64,000 nucleotides of DNA from Burkholderiales bacterium (GCA_035624615.1 DASPRE010000066.1:16555-80554); one strand, 5' to 3'. Shown: positions 35,113 through 46,877, counted from the stretch's first letter. The notes: generated from the letters alone by a model not told the origin. Program-made: numbers and translations.

Positions 35113-36903
35113 ATGAATCACATTCGTAACTTTTCGATTATTGCTCACATCGATCATGGCAAATCCACACTTGCGGACCGCTTCATTCACGTTTGTGGAG
35201 GTTTGAGCGAGCGCGAAATGGGCCCACAGGTGCTGGACTCGATGGAATTGGAGCGCGAGCGCGGAATTACCATCAAGGCGCAAACTGCGGCGCTCAACTA
35301 CCGGGCGCGTGACGGCCGCGTTTATCTTTTAAACCTGATTGATACCCCCGGCCATGTGGATTTCTCATACGAGGTATCGCGCTCCCTTGCCGCGTGCGAA
35401 GGAGCGTTGCTGGTTGTCGATGCCTCGCAAGGAGTGGAAGCCCAGACTGTGGCAAATTGCTATACCGCGATAGAGCAGGGGGTGGAAGTTGTGCCGGTGT
35501 TGAATAAGATAGATTTGCCTTCCGCTGAGCCGGAAAGGGTTATAAAAGAAATTGAGGATATCATCGGCATATCTGCCAAGGACGCGGTGCAAGCAAGCGC
35601 GAAAACCGGCCAAGGTGTGGAAGATGTCCTGGAAGCCGTGATACACCGCATTCCGCCTCCCAAAGGCAACGCGGACTCGCCACTTAAGGCGTTGATCATC
35701 GATTCCTGGTTTGATAACTATGTCGGCGTGGTAATACTGGTCCGTGTGGTGGATGGGATGCTCAAACCCAAGAACAAGATTCTGCTGATGTCCTCTGGAG
35801 CAAGCTACCTGTGCGAACAGGTGGGCGTGTTTACGCCAAAGTCCAAACTGAAGGATTCATTATCTGCGGGCGAAGTGGGATTTGTTATCGCCGGGATCAG
35901 AGAACTCGAGGTTGCAAAGGTTGGCGATACGATCACGCTTACCAGCAATCCAGCCAAGCAGGCTTTGCCAGGGTTCAAGGAAATCAAACCGCAGGTCTTT
36001 GCCGGTCTTTTCCCGGTGGATTCAAACGAGTATGATGCGCTGCGCGATGCTCTGGAAAAACTGCGGCTCAACGATGCCTCGCTGCACTACGAACCAGAAA
36101 CCTCCCAAGCTTTGGGGTTCGGATTCCGCTGCGGTTTTCTGGGATTGCTGCACCTCGACATCGTCCAAGAAAGGCTGGAACGTGAATACGGGGTGCAATT
36201 GATAACCACTGCACCCACTGTGGTCTACCAAGTCCTGCTGCGCAACGGCAAAGTAATGGAAATCGAGAATCCTTCAAAAATGCCCGATACCTCGAAAATC
36301 GAGGAAATACGCGAACCCATTATTAACGCCACCATTTTCGTACCGCAAGATTACGTCGGTCCGGTCATTACGCTATGCATCGAAAAACGCGGGGCACAAA
36401 AGAACCTGCAGTACCTGGGCCGTCAGGTGATGCTGACTTATGAGCTGCCCCTTAACGAAGTGGTTATGGATTTCTTTGACAAGCTCAAATCGCTAAGCCG
36501 CGGCTATGCTTCGCTCGATTACGAGTTTAAGGAATTCCGCAGCGCGGATCTGGTCAAGCTAGATATTTTAATTAACGGTGACCGAGTCGACGCATTGTCG
36601 TTGATTGTGCACCGCTCCAATAGTCAATACCGCGGACGCGAGCTTGCTGAAAAAATGCGTGAGCTGATCCCACGGCAAATGTTTGACGTCGCCGTGCAGG
36701 CGGCCATCGGCTCGCATATTATTGCTCGCGAAACCGTCAAGGCCTTGCGCAAGAACGTGCTGGCGAAATGCTACGGCGGAGATGTGACGCGCAAGAGGAA
36801 ACTACTGGAAAAGCAAAAAGCGGGCAAGAAACGGATGAAACGGGTTGGCAATGTTGAAATACCCCAAGAAGCTTTTTTGGCGATCCTGGGAGTGGAGAAG
36901 TAA
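35113..36903 (+). CDS. lepA: Elongation factor 4 (LepA)
   Basis: It shows [28 protein letters not shown] and NKID, plus the LepA-specific C-terminal domain. Confidence 0.97.
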   Translation: MNHIRNFSIIAHIDHGKSTLADRFIHVCGGLSEREMGPQVLDSMELERERGITIKAQTAALNYRARDGRVYLLNLIDTPGHVDFSYEVSRSLAACEGALLVVDASQGVEAQTVANCYTAIEQGVEVVPVLNKIDLPSAEPERVIKEIEDIIGISAKDAVQASAKTGQGVEDVLEAVIHRIPPPKGNADSPLKALIIDSWFDNYVGVVILVRVVDGMLKPKNKILLMSSGASYLCEQVGVFTPKSKLKDSLSAGEVGFVIAGIRELEVAKVGDTITLTSNPAKQALPGFKEIKPQVFAGLFPVDSNEYDALRDALEKLRLNDASLHYEPETSQALGFGFRCGFLGLLHLDIVQERLEREYGVQLITTAPTVVYQVLLRNGKVMEIENPSKMPDTSKIEEIREPIINATIFVPQDYVGPVITLCIEKRGAQKNLQYLGRQVMLTYELPLNEVVMDFFDKLKSLSRGYASLDYEFKEFRSADLVKLDILINGDRVDALSLIVHRSNSQYRGRELAEKMRELIPRQMFDVAVQAAIGSHIIARETVKALRKNVLAKCYGGDVTRKRKLLEKQKAGKKRMKRVGNVEIPQEAFLAILGVEK

Positions 36904-37706
36904 TGAATTTCGCGCTTCTGATGTTCATTCTTCTGGTCGTCACCGGCTGCATTGGATTGATTGACCATTTTTGGCTTAAAGCGAGACGCGGGTCTAAATC
37001 CGCCGAACCATGGTGGGTGGAGTATCCGAAAAGTTTTTTTCCGGTAATATTGGTGGTATTCCTGCTGCGCTCTTTCCTCGTGGAGCCGTTCAAGATTCCG
37101 TCTGGGTCCATGATCCCCACATTGCTGGTTGGGGATTTCATCTTGGTCAACAAATATACTTACGGTCTGCGTTTGCCGATCATCAACGTCAAGATCATGG
37201 ACATCAACCAGCCTAGACGCGGTGAAATAATGGTATTCCGTTATCCGGAAAACCCATCTCTAGACTACATCAAGCGCGTGGTGGGCGTGCCCGGGGACAA
37301 GGTGGTTTACCGCAACAAGAGATTGTGGATCAATGGGAAAGCGGTGAAAACCGAACCCGACGGAGAGTATGATTACGTTGAATCCGGCTTGAATTTTGTG
37401 GAAGCCAAGCGCTTTACCGAAAACCTAGGTAGCCACCCACATCCGATCCTGATTCAGTCCGCGGTGCCTCCGATTCAAATCGGTGGAGTGCGGCAATACC
37501 CGTTTCGGGAGAATTGCGTCTACAATGAAGAGGGCTTCAGTTGTACCGTTCCCGCCGGACATTACTTGATGCTAGGCGACAATCGAGACAGCAGCAGCGA
37601 CAGCCGTTATTGGGGATTTGTCCCACAACAGAACATTGTCGGCAGGGCGTTCATGATCTGGTGGAATTTTGATAACCTGAGGCGCATCGGCAAATCTGTC
37701 GAATAG
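36903..37706 (+). CDS. lepB: Signal peptidase I
   Basis: It shows PSGSMIPTLLVGD, YIKRVVGVPGD and GDNRDSSSDSRYWGFV. There is a 1-nt overlap with the lepA stop. Confidence 0.92.
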   Translation: MNFALLMFILLVVTGCIGLIDHFWLKARRGSKSAEPWWVEYPKSFFPVILVVFLLRSFLVEPFKIPSGSMIPTLLVGDFILVNKYTYGLRLPIINVKIMDINQPRRGEIMVFRYPENPSLDYIKRVVGVPGDKVVYRNKRLWINGKAVKTEPDGEYDYVESGLNFVEAKRFTENLGSHPHPILIQSAVPPIQIGGVRQYPFRENCVYNEEGFSCTVPAGHYLMLGDNRDSSSDSRYWGFVPQQNIVGRAFMIWWNFDNLRRIGKSVE

Positions 37707-37715
37707 GGAGGTTTT

Positions 37716-38078
37716 ATGAAGCGAGAGCGGGGCTTAACGATGACAGGCTTTCTGACATTATCGATTGTGTTAATCTTCGCGGCTTTTCTCGTTTTCAGGC
37801 TACTGCCCCCTTATCTTGAATACTTTGCTGTGCAAAAAGCTGTGGACGGCGTGGCCAGGGACCTAGACTTGCAAACCGCGACATCCAGAGACGTTCGTGG
37901 TGCATTCGACAAGCACGCTCTCATTGACAATATTACAACGATTACTGGCGAGGACCTGGAAATCGTCAGGCAGGGCGACGACGTGGTGGTTAACGCAAAC
38001 TACTCAGTAAAGGTGCCCATTATTGCCAATGTCGCCGCCTGTATTGATTTTCAGGCGTCCAGCGCAAAACGGAGATAA
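37716..38078 (+). CDS. DUF4845-like small membrane-anchored protein
   Basis: 120 aa. A GGGAGG Shine-Dalgarno precedes the start, and it has a single N-terminal TM segment. It occupies the conserved slot between lepB and rnc seen in betaproteobacteria. Confidence 0.55.
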   Translation: MKRERGLTMTGFLTLSIVLIFAAFLVFRLLPPYLEYFAVQKAVDGVARDLDLQTATSRDVRGAFDKHALIDNITTITGEDLEIVRQGDDVVVNANYSVKVPIIANVAACIDFQASSAKRR

Positions 38079-38092
38079 TCGGCTAAAGATAA

Positions 38093-38764
38093 ATGGATAG
38101 CCAAAGCGTATCCCGTCTTCTCGGCTATGTATTCCGCAAGCCAGAGCTTTTGCGCCAGGCATTAACTCACCGCAGCTATGGGGTTCCGCACAACGAGCGT
38201 TTGGAATATCTCGGCGATAGCGTTCTCAATTGCATCATTGCACATGCCTTGTTTCAGCGTTTCCCTAATTTAAGCGAAGGCGAGCTTTCCAGGCTGCGCG
38301 CCAATCTAGTCAACCAGCAGACCTTGTTTGAACTTGCGCAACGACTAAACCTTGGAGAACAGATGCTGTTGGGAGAAGGCGAACTTAAAAGCAACGGCTT
38401 CCGTCGCCCATCAATCCTTGCTGATGCTTTAGAAGCGTTGCTTGCCGCAGTATATCTAGACGGCGGCTTTGAGCGCGCGCAGGAGGTCATAAACACCTTA
38501 TACGGCCCATTGTTGGGGGAAATCGACCCGAATAACCCAACCAAAGACGCCAAAACCATGCTGCAGGAATTGCTGCAGGGAAGAAAGCTTGCTTTGCCAC
38601 TATACAGCGTGATTTCCACCGAAGGCGAGGCACATCAGCAGTTTTTTCGCGTGGAATGCTTCATACCTGAACTAAAAATCCGCGCTTTAGGTTCAGGAGC
38701 TAGCCGCCGCAGCGCGGAGCAGGATGCAGCCAAACAAGCGTATCGACTCGCTGCCGCGGTGTAA
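38093..38764 (+). CDS. rnc: Ribonuclease III
   Basis: It has the signature [11 protein letters not shown] and a C-terminal dsRBD ([10 protein letters not shown]...[14 protein letters not shown]). Confidence 0.95.
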   Translation: MDSQSVSRLLGYVFRKPELLRQALTHRSYGVPHNERLEYLGDSVLNCIIAHALFQRFPNLSEGELSRLRANLVNQQTLFELAQRLNLGEQMLLGEGELKSNGFRRPSILADALEALLAAVYLDGGFERAQEVINTLYGPLLGEIDPNNPTKDAKTMLQELLQGRKLALPLYSVISTEGEAHQQFFRVECFIPELKIRALGSGASRRSAEQDAAKQAYRLAAAV

Positions 38765-38765
38765 C

Positions 38766-39653
38766 GTGGGAAACGCTTCCTTTCGGACTGGCTTGATTGC
38801 CATTGTCGGTCGTCCCAATGTCGGTAAATCAACTTTGCTCAATCGTTTGGTTGGGGAAAAAATCAGCATTACATCGCGCAAACCACAAACGACGCGTTAC
38901 CGGGTTACTGGTATCCTGACTCATGAGGATACTCAGTTTATATTTGCGGATACCCCCGGTTTTCAGTTGGAGCACAACAGCGCTCTCAATCAGGCGATGA
39001 ATCGTTGCGTAGCGCAAAGCCTTCAGGGCGTAGACGCCGCCCTGCTTGTTGTCGACTCCCTGCAGTTTAACGACCAGGACCGCCGGGTTCTGAATTTGGT
39101 ATCTGGCTGTCCGAAATTGCTGGTGATCAATAAAATAGACAAGCTGACCGATAAGAAACAACTATTGCCGTTCATCAAAAATGTGTCCGGCGAACACCGC
39201 TTCGAGGCGATTGTGCCGGTAAGTGCAAAGAAAAACCTGCAGCTCAAAGAATTATTGCAAACGCTGCGTGAACTTCTGCCGGAGAGCCCCCCTATATTCC
39301 CGGCCGATGAAATTACTGATTGTAGCGAGCGCTTTCTTGCCGCAGAGTTGCTCAGAGAGAAGGTTTTCCGGCTGTTGGGGGAAGAAGTCCCTTATGCGGT
39401 CAGCGTTATGATTGATGACTACGTATTGGAACGTGGCCTGCGCCGCATTCGGGCTTCCGTCATTGTAGACAAATCGAGTCAGAAAGCTATCATCATCGGC
39501 GCCAAAGGGGAAAAACTGAAGACGATTGCAACCCAGGCGCGCCAGGACATGGAGGAGCTATTTGAAGGTAAGGTATTTCTTAAAGTCTGGGTGAAGGTAA
39601 AAAGGGGCTGGGCAAATAATAGCCTGACACTGAAAAAACTGGGTTATGAATGA
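38766..39653 (+). CDS. era: GTPase Era
   Basis: It shows [20 protein letters not shown] and NKID, plus a C-terminal KH domain. A GTG start at 38766 is inferred, 2 nt after the rnc stop. The ORF track ATG at 38724 would overlap rnc by 41 nt. Confidence 0.9.
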   Translation: MGNASFRTGLIAIVGRPNVGKSTLLNRLVGEKISITSRKPQTTRYRVTGILTHEDTQFIFADTPGFQLEHNSALNQAMNRCVAQSLQGVDAALLVVDSLQFNDQDRRVLNLVSGCPKLLVINKIDKLTDKKQLLPFIKNVSGEHRFEAIVPVSAKKNLQLKELLQTLRELLPESPPIFPADEITDCSERFLAAELLREKVFRLLGEEVPYAVSVMIDDYVLERGLRRIRASVIVDKSSQKAIIIGAKGEKLKTIATQARQDMEELFEGKVFLKVWVKVKRGWANNSLTLKKLGYE

Positions 39654-40398
39654 TGATCGACTGATCAGGCCTTTAAGAGTGCATGAAAAGGGGCTGCAGG
39701 ATTCGCAGCCTGGTTTTGTCCTGCACAGCTATCAGTACCGCGAAACCAGCCTGCTGGTGGAGACGTTTACCAAGAATTTCGGCCGCATTGCATTGGTGGC
39801 ACGTGGTGCGCGGCGGCCAAGGTCTACGTTTAGAGGCGTGCTGCCGGCGTTCCAACCGCTATTGCTGTTCTGGTCGGGCAAATCAGAATTACGCACATTG
39901 CGGCGCGTGGAGTGGGAGGGGCAGCCAGTTCGGCTAATTGGAATGTCGCTGATTTGCGCGTTTTACCTGAATGAGCTGCTCCTCAAATTACTGGCGCGAG
40001 ACGATCCGCATGAACAGTTGTTCACCTATTACCAGGAAGTGTTGGCAGCTCTCACTACACAAAAAAATCTTTCCCCGACCTTGCGCCGCTTTGAAACGCG
40101 CCTGCTTAAAGAGCTGGGCTACGCCCTGACTTTGGAACAGGACGCGGATACGGGTGCGGCGGTGCAGCCGAATTATTACTACCGTTATGTCGTCGAGCGC
40201 GGACCCGTTGCGGCCGAGAACGCCGAGAATGAGTTGCGGTTCCTGGGAAAAACATTCTTGGACATGGCCTCCGATGATTACAGCGACCCGCTGACCTTGC
40301 AACAGAGCAAGACTCTAATGCGAATCATTATTGCTCATTATCTGGGCGACCAAACACTGCATACCAAGCAGCTGCTAATGGACATGCAGCATCTCTAG
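39646..40398 (+). CDS. recO: DNA repair protein RecO
   Basis: 250 aa. The OB-fold N-terminus is [32 protein letters not shown]. It overlaps the era end by 8 nt. Confidence 0.85.
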   Translation: MNDDRLIRPLRVHEKGLQDSQPGFVLHSYQYRETSLLVETFTKNFGRIALVARGARRPRSTFRGVLPAFQPLLLFWSGKSELRTLRRVEWEGQPVRLIGMSLICAFYLNELLLKLLARDDPHEQLFTYYQEVLAALTTQKNLSPTLRRFETRLLKELGYALTLEQDADTGAAVQPNYYYRYVVERGPVAAENAENELRFLGKTFLDMASDDYSDPLTLQQSKTLMRIIIAHYLGDQTLHTKQLLMDMQHL

Positions 40399-40449
40399 AC
40401 CCATGAGTCGCCATTGATAAAGATATAATTTAATTTTGCAAAATAAAAA

Positions 40450-41175
40450 ATGATACGTTTAGGTGTCAACATTGATCACGTCGCTACGCTGCGCCAACTG
40501 CGCGGTACCGCTTATCCTGACCCAATCAAGGCGGCCTTGCTTGCCGAAAAAGCCGGAGCCGACGCCATTACCCTGCATTTGCGCGAAGACCGCAGGCACA
40601 TTCAGGATGAAGATGTGGAAACGTTGCGCAGGAAATTACACGTTCCGATGAACCTGGAAATGGCCGCGACTCGGCAAATGCTGCAAATTGCGCGGCGCAT
40701 TCACCCGCAGCATGCTTGCTTGGTTCCAGAGCGACGCCAAGAGCTCACCACTGAAGGCGGCCTTGACGTGCTAAGGCATTTTAAGCGCATTAAGCACGCG
40801 TGTATGCTTTTGGCGGATGCCGGGGTGCGCGTTTCGCTGTTCATCCTCCCCGATATAAAGCAATTGGATGCCGCAATAGCTGCCGGAGCACCGGATGTAG
40901 AAATCCATACCGGGCATTATGCCGACGCCCCCACTGAAGCCCGGCAAAATAAAGAACTCGAGCGCATACGTTCTGCGGTGGCTTACGGAAATAAGCTGGG
41001 ATTAAAGGTGAATGCAGGACACGGATTGCATTACCAGAACGTGCAAAAAATAGCCGCGATACCGCATGTCGCTGAACTTAATATTGGTCACGCGATAGTC
41101 GCTCATGCGCTGTTTGCCGGATGGCAACCTGCAGTTAGAGAAATGAAGGACATCATACTTAAGGCGGCACGGTGA
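40450..41175 (+). CDS. pdxJ: Pyridoxine 5'-phosphate synthase
   Basis: It shows [28 protein letters not shown] and EIHTG. Confidence 0.93.
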   Translation: MIRLGVNIDHVATLRQLRGTAYPDPIKAALLAEKAGADAITLHLREDRRHIQDEDVETLRRKLHVPMNLEMAATRQMLQIARRIHPQHACLVPERRQELTTEGGLDVLRHFKRIKHACMLLADAGVRVSLFILPDIKQLDAAIAAGAPDVEIHTGHYADAPTEARQNKELERIRSAVAYGNKLGLKVNAGHGLHYQNVQKIAAIPHVAELNIGHAIVAHALFAGWQPAVREMKDIILKAAR

Positions 41176-41552
41176 TTTATGGAATTGGCGTAGACTTGGT
41201 GGAAAAAGGGCGCATCGCGCGACTATTGGAAAAGTACGGAGAGCGTTTTGCGCAAAGGGTGCTGACCCAAATTGAGCGACAAGAATTCAGTACCAGCAAA
41301 CAACGCGCCGCGTTCCTCGCTGTAAGTTTTGCCGCCAAAGAGGCTTTTGCCAAAGCTGTCGGGAGCGGATTCCGTTATCCCGTAATTTTGAGTTACATCA
41401 CTATCGCACATGACCGTTTGGGTAAACCGGAATTACGTTTCCATCCGGTACTCGAACACCACCTAAATGAACTTAACATCGGGCGCCATTACCTCAGTCT
41501 GAGCGACGAGAATAACCTGGCGTGCGCCATGGTGGTCCTGGAAAGGCAATGA
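41172..41552 (+). CDS. acpS: Holo-[acyl-carrier-protein] synthase
   Basis: 126 aa. It shows [10 protein letters not shown] and AAKEAFAKA. There is a GTGA overlap with pdxJ. Confidence 0.88.
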   Translation: MIYGIGVDLVEKGRIARLLEKYGERFAQRVLTQIERQEFSTSKQRAAFLAVSFAAKEAFAKAVGSGFRYPVILSYITIAHDRLGKPELRFHPVLEHHLNELNIGRHYLSLSDENNLACAMVVLERQ

Positions 41553-42652
41553 CATCTGCAACCATGATGCCACTAGGTCCAGTAATCGTGGATATTGGTG
41601 GCGCGCAACTTGCGTCCGTGGAAAAAGAGCGGCTATTGAGGCCGCCGGTTGGCGGAGTAATTTTGTTTAGTCGCAATTATCAATCACCGCAACAACTTGC
41701 CGAACTTACAGCGGAAATCCGCGCTTTACGGAATCCGCACCTGCTAATTGCAGTAGACCATGAAGGTGGAAGGGTGCAGCGCTTCCGTGAGGGCTTCACT
41801 AGGCTTCCGGCAATGCGCGAGTTGGGCAAGATATGGGATCTGAACGCGCAACACGCTAGAAATCTGGCTCACATGATAGGATTTGTCCTTGCCGCGGAAT
41901 TGCGCGCTTGCGGCGTTGATTTAAGTTTTACTCCAGTTCTGGACGTAGACCACGGCGCAAGCAGCGTCATTGGCGACCGCGCATTCCACAACGATCCTCG
42001 GGCGATAACCGAATTAGCGCACAGCCTGACGCAAGGACTCAAGCAGGGCGGAATGGCGGCAGTAGGAAAACACTTTCCCGGGCATGGTTTCGTCAGGGCG
42101 GATTCCCATCTTGAAATTCCGGTTGATGAGCGCAGTTTGCAGGAGTTGGAGGTGGGTGATCTGCTGCCTTTTATTCAAATGATAAGCTACGGATTGAACG
42201 CGGTCATGCCGGCTCACGTGATTTATTCCAAAGTAGACAAGGTTCCTGCAGGTTTCTCCAGCATCTGGCTTAAGGATATCCTGCGCCGCCGACTTGGTTT
42301 CCAAGGCGTGGTATTCAGTGACGATTTGTCCATGGAAGGTGCAAGCATCGCGGGAGGGATTGTGCAACGTGCCGAAGCGTCGCTCAACGCCGGATGCGAC
42401 ATGGTACTGGTATGCGCTAACGACCCGGCGGCGGTGGATGGGTTGCTTGACAAATTGCATTCTGAGATGCCACCGACCAGTCTGGCCCGAGTCGCGCAGC
42501 TTCACGGCAGACCGCACCCTGCTACGCTATTGCGCCTTCGCGAAGATGCTTATTATGCTAAAGCCGTGCACCAAGTTGCGAGTATTGGCTTGCGCAGTGG
42601 CGATCTCGCGTTAAGCAAGAGCAGGGATGTTGGCACCGATGAAATCTCCTAG
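41549..42652 (+). CDS. nagZ: Beta-N-acetylhexosaminidase NagZ
   Basis: GH3 motifs are present (GGVILFSRNY, IAVDHEGGRVQRF, KHFPGHG, VFSDDLSM). There is an ATGA overlap with acpS. Confidence 0.88.
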   Translation: MTSATMMPLGPVIVDIGGAQLASVEKERLLRPPVGGVILFSRNYQSPQQLAELTAEIRALRNPHLLIAVDHEGGRVQRFREGFTRLPAMRELGKIWDLNAQHARNLAHMIGFVLAAELRACGVDLSFTPVLDVDHGASSVIGDRAFHNDPRAITELAHSLTQGLKQGGMAAVGKHFPGHGFVRADSHLEIPVDERSLQELEVGDLLPFIQMISYGLNAVMPAHVIYSKVDKVPAGFSSIWLKDILRRRLGFQGVVFSDDLSMEGASIAGGIVQRAEASLNAGCDMVLVCANDPAAVDGLLDKLHSEMPPTSLARVAQLHGRPHPATLLRLREDAYYAKAVHQVASIGLRSGDLALSKSRDVGTDEIS

Positions 42653-43535
42653 TTTTCATTCCCTAGAAATAATCCAACGCATGCGTTGGGCAATGCTAAT
42701 TACTTCAGCCTTTGCGTTGTTAGAGGCCGCTGGCGGATGGTGGTCGGGCTCGCTTGCATTGTTAAGCGATGCCGGCCACATGTTTTCCGACAGTGTCGCG
42801 TTGGGCCTGACCGCATTCGCCAGCTGGATTGCGACTCGTCCTCCGACCCGTCGTCACTCCTACGGTCTGTTACGCGCCGAAATCATCGGCGCGCTGGTGA
42901 ACGGTTTGATCATGCTGCTAGTGATTTTGTTCATTGTGGTGGAGGCCGTTTCTAGATTGCGCGAGCCGCGGCCTGTCGCTGGCGCGGTGGTGATGGCGAT
43001 CGCCGCTGCCGGACTTGTCGTTAACATCTTTGTCGCGCTGCTACTGAGTCGTGGGGAGCAGACGCTTAATTTGCGCGCCGCATTACTGCACGTGATGGGC
43101 GATTTGCTCGGGTCGGTAGCCGCTTTGATCGCAGGCGCCGTGATTTATTTTACCGGCTGGTTGGCGGCAGACCCGATACTGTCATTGGCGGTGGCGGGGC
43201 TTATTTTGTTTTCCACGATCACGCTGCTGCGCGAGGCGCTCCACGTACTCATGGAGGGTGTGCCGCACAATTTGCAAATAGAATCGGTGGGACAACGAAT
43301 GGCAGGTATTGAAGGAGTGCGTTCGGTACACGACTTGCATATCTGGACCCTGGCTTCCGGCAGGATCGCGCTGTCAGCCCATTTGGAAGTGAATGATCTC
43401 GACGTTTGGCCCAAAATACTCGAAGCAACTCGAATCATGCTGCGCCGGCAATTCGATATCGATCATGTCACGCTGCAGCCCGAAGTCCAGCAACGCCAGC
43501 GCTATCCGGGCTCCATTCGCATTTACCCGAAATAA
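42627..43535 (+). CDS. Cation diffusion facilitator family transporter (CzcD/ZitB-like)
   Basis: It has six TM segments. It shows SLALLSDAGHMFSD and LHVMGDLLGS, plus a C-terminal cytoplasmic domain (VHDLHIW). ATG 42639 is an alternative start. Confidence 0.85.
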   Translation: MLAPMKSPSFHSLEIIQRMRWAMLITSAFALLEAAGGWWSGSLALLSDAGHMFSDSVALGLTAFASWIATRPPTRRHSYGLLRAEIIGALVNGLIMLLVILFIVVEAVSRLREPRPVAGAVVMAIAAAGLVVNIFVALLLSRGEQTLNLRAALLHVMGDLLGSVAALIAGAVIYFTGWLAADPILSLAVAGLILFSTITLLREALHVLMEGVPHNLQIESVGQRMAGIEGVRSVHDLHIWTLASGRIALSAHLEVNDLDVWPKILEATRIMLRRQFDIDHVTLQPEVQQRQRYPGSIRIYPK

Positions 43536-43567
43536 CCTCGCATACAGCCGGTGAGATTATTGTCACG

Positions 43568-44134
43568 TTAGACTCTTTCGATATACTCGCCTGAATCGGT
43601 GTTGATCTTGATTTTTTCGCCTTCGATCACAAACGGCGGCACCATCACGGTCAATCCGGTTTCAGTTTTGGCGGGTTTATAGGAGCCAGTCGCTGTCGCG
43701 CCTTTGAGGTTTGGTTCGGTTTCGGTCACGGTCAGAACTACGCTGGGTGGCAGTTGCAACCCGATCACGCGCCCGTTGTGAAAATTCATCTGCACATTGG
43801 TATTAGGCAATAAATACTCTACCTGCCCCTCGAGAAAATCCGCAGGCAAACTGAGTTGTTCGTAATTTTCCTTGTCCATGAACACTAGATCGCCACCGTC
43901 GTTATACAAATATTCCATTTCACGGCTGTCCACAAATGCGCGCTCCACCTTCTCCTCGGTCCGGAAACGCTGGTTAAGCTTGGTGCCGCTTTCCACATCT
44001 TTCATCTCCACCTGCATGAAAGCGCCCCCGCGGCCGCCTACATGAACGTGGTAGCATTTAAGCACGCGCCAAACGCGGTTTTCGAATTCGATAAGATTAC
44101 CGGCCCTGATTTCGGTCGCAAGAACTTTGGACAT
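43568..44134 (-). CDS. efp: Elongation factor P
   Basis: 188 aa. It shows the motif VHVGGRGGAFMQVEMKD around the modified loop, plus KGATATGSYKPAKTETG. Confidence 0.95.
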   Translation of the reverse strand: MSKVLATEIRAGNLIEFENRVWRVLKCYHVHVGGRGGAFMQVEMKDVESGTKLNQRFRTEEKVERAFVDSREMEYLYNDGGDLVFMDKENYEQLSLPADFLEGQVEYLLPNTNVQMNFHNGRVIGLQLPPSVVLTVTETEPNLKGATATGSYKPAKTETGLTVMVPPFVIEGEKIKINTDSGEYIERV

Positions 44135-44181
44135 AAACCCGGTGTTCCCCTTTCATAAAAAGAGCGTAATTCTACTATAGA

Positions 44182-44850
44182 GTGAAGAAAATAAGAAAAC
44201 TACCGGATAGCGCTTTCTGCGCGGAATGCAAAGATTGCGAACGGCTTGCTCGCTACCTTGATCAAGTCAAGCGGGATCGGCCAGATTTTTTCGCAAGGCC
44301 CGTCCCGCCATTTGGTGACGCCGACGCAAGATTGCTGATTGTAGGATTGGCGCCGGGAATGAACGGCGCAAACCGCACAGGTCGACCGTTTACCGGTGAC
44401 TATGCCGGGATTTTGCTGTTCGAAACGCTGTACCGTTTCGGTCTTGCCAACAAGCCAATAGCGACTGACGCGAAGGATGGCTTGCAGCTTATCGGTTGCC
44501 GTCTCACCAATGCGGTGAAATGCCTGCCCCCATACAACAAGCCAAGCCATGATGAAATATTGTGTTGTAACAAGTACTTGTCATTTGAAGTTAAACCTAT
44601 GAGTAAAGACTCCGTAATACTTGCCCTCGGAGTCATTGCGCATCGGGCTGTGCTGTTGGCATTTGATCTTAGGATGAAGGATTTCGCATTCGCGCACGGC
44701 GCAACACATACGCTGCCTAATGGCGCTACGCTATACGATAGCTATCACTGCAGCCGCTATAATATCCAGACCAAGCGTCTGAATCCTGGTATGTTCGAAA
44801 CAATATTTTCCCGTATATGCCAACAACTCGCAGCACACGAGGAGATTTGA
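44182..44850 (+). CDS. Uracil-DNA glycosylase family 4/5 protein
   Basis: It shows LLIVGLAPGMNGANRTGRPFTGD and N-terminal Cys residues (CAECKDC) consistent with an Fe-S UDG. A GTG start is inferred. Confidence 0.8.
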   Translation: MKKIRKLPDSAFCAECKDCERLARYLDQVKRDRPDFFARPVPPFGDADARLLIVGLAPGMNGANRTGRPFTGDYAGILLFETLYRFGLANKPIATDAKDGLQLIGCRLTNAVKCLPPYNKPSHDEILCCNKYLSFEVKPMSKDSVILALGVIAHRAVLLAFDLRMKDFAFAHGATHTLPNGATLYDSYHCSRYNIQTKRLNPGMFETIFSRICQQLAAHEEI

Positions 44851-45055
44851 AGCCTCACGCGAGCATTCGTAGTGCGGGGTTCTCAGCCGCGAACAAAGCC
44901 GCAAGGCCGCCGATGAAGTCACGGGTACCTTTCAGCGCATTACAAGTAAACCGATGTCCGATACTTATGTCGTTTTTGAAGGGCTACAGCAGAGGAATAG
45001 GAGATTGCAGGCAAGCTGCCGGATAGTAAGAAGCCGATCCTGAATTCTCGAATAC

Positions 45056-46855
45056 ATGTTTAACGTTAAGGATACTCTTTCAGGATTGCCGCAATTGCCG
45101 GGTGTGTACCGCATGCTGAATGGGGCAGGGAAGGTAATTTATGTCGGCAAGGCGCTGAACCTAAAAAAGCGTGTTTCTTCGTATTTTCAGAAAACCGCGC
45201 TTTCTCCGCGTACCCAGTTAATGATCACGCAGGTTGCACAGGTCGAAACTACAGTTACGCGTTCCGAAGCCGAGGCGCTGCTACTCGAAAACAACTTGAT
45301 AAAAAGTTTAGCTCCTCAATATAACATCTTGTTTAGAGACGATAAGTCATATCCGTACATTGTGCTCAGCGAGCATCGCTTTCCGCGTCTGGGCTTTTAC
45401 CGTGGAACGCTAGAAAGGAAAAACCAGTACTTCGGCCCTTATCCGAACGCCGGTGCGGTGCGAGAGAGCATTCAGCTGCTACAAAAAGTGTTTCGCCTTC
45501 GCACATGCGAAGACAATGCATTTAACAATCGCTCGCGTCCCTGCCTGCTTTACCAAATCAAACGTTGCACTGCACCCTGTGTGAATCTGATTGACCAGGC
45601 CACTTACCGTGCAGACGTGGAAAACGCGATGCTGTTTTTGCAGGGCAAGCAACACCGCGTGTTGCAAATACTCGGGCAGAAAATGCAGAAAGCGGCCGAC
45701 GGGCGGAACTACGAACTTGCTGCGCTATACCGTGACCAACTGCAGTCGCTGAGTAAAATTCAGGAAAAGCAGTTTGTGACCAGCCATCACGAGGTGGATG
45801 CGGACATCGTGGCCTGTGTTGCACGCCTTGGTTTACTGTGTGTCAATGTGGTAATGATAAGGGGCGGTATGCATTTGGGTGACAAAAGTTTCTTTCCGCA
45901 AAATGCGGAGGGATATGAACCCGCGGCAGCGCTCGAAGCGTTCCTCATGCAGCATTATTTGGACCACAAAGCACCACAAACCATAATCGTCAACCAACCG
46001 ATAGACGGGAACACCATGGAAGCCGCATTGAGCGAGCATGCAGGGCATAAAGTGCAAATTTTCTCTCGGACCGTCGGCGAACGGAAGGTTTGGTTGAACA
46101 TGGCGATACAAAATGCGACGCTCGCCACCGAACAAAAAAGTAGCAGCCAAGCCGCTCAAGACGCGCGTATGCAAAGCCTGCTTCAGGTTCTGGAATTGCC
46201 CGCGAGCGTACAGCGGATTGAGTGTTTTGACATCAGTCATACCATGGGCGAAGCCACCATTGGCTCGTGCGTAGTATTTGACAATTTATCGATGCAAAGC
46301 GGTGAATACCGCCGTTATAATGTCGAGGGAATCACACCGGGTGATGATGTAGCGGCAATTCGCGAAGTATTGACTAGGCGCTACCGGAAAATAGCGGCAG
46401 GCGAGGGAAAGGTCCCGGACCTGATTCTGGTCGATGGCGGCAAAGGGCAGGTGAACGCTGCGAAGGATATCCTCGCTGAGCTTGGATTAAATGATGTCTA
46501 TTTAATTGGTGTCGCAAAAGGCGAGGAACGTAAGCCGGGCATGGAGCAGCTGGTTTTCCCCGGAAGGGAAAAGCCTCTGCAGTTAGGTAGCGACAGTTCA
46601 GCTTTGCATCTGATTCAGCAGATTCGCGATGAAGCACACCGTTTCGCAATTCAGGGACATCGTGCCAAACGCGCCAAATCGAGAATTACTTCTTCTCTTG
46701 AGCAAATAAGTGAAGTAGGGTCCAAGCGCAGGCAAAAGCTATTGGCGCGTTTTGGCGGCCTGCGAGGAGTACTTGCGGCAAGCGTGGATGATTTAACCCT
46801 CGTTGATGGCATCAGCCGCAGGCTCGCGGAAAAAATATATCGGGAACTGCATTAG
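45056..46855 (+). CDS. uvrC: Excinuclease ABC subunit C
   Basis: 599 aa. It has a GIY-YIG N-terminus (GVYRMLNGAGKVIYVGKA), a UVR domain, an endonuclease V-like domain and C-terminal HhH motifs. Confidence 0.95.
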   Translation: MFNVKDTLSGLPQLPGVYRMLNGAGKVIYVGKALNLKKRVSSYFQKTALSPRTQLMITQVAQVETTVTRSEAEALLLENNLIKSLAPQYNILFRDDKSYPYIVLSEHRFPRLGFYRGTLERKNQYFGPYPNAGAVRESIQLLQKVFRLRTCEDNAFNNRSRPCLLYQIKRCTAPCVNLIDQATYRADVENAMLFLQGKQHRVLQILGQKMQKAADGRNYELAALYRDQLQSLSKIQEKQFVTSHHEVDADIVACVARLGLLCVNVVMIRGGMHLGDKSFFPQNAEGYEPAAALEAFLMQHYLDHKAPQTIIVNQPIDGNTMEAALSEHAGHKVQIFSRTVGERKVWLNMAIQNATLATEQKSSSQAAQDARMQSLLQVLELPASVQRIECFDISHTMGEATIGSCVVFDNLSMQSGEYRRYNVEGITPGDDVAAIREVLTRRYRKIAAGEGKVPDLILVDGGKGQVNAAKDILAELGLNDVYLIGVAKGEERKPGMEQLVFPGREKPLQLGSDSSALHLIQQIRDEAHRFAIQGHRAKRAKSRITSSLEQISEVGSKRRQKLLARFGGLRGVLAASVDDLTLVDGISRRLAEKIYRELH

Positions 46856-46877
46856 ACGCTGGTATTTTAACCTCCAC

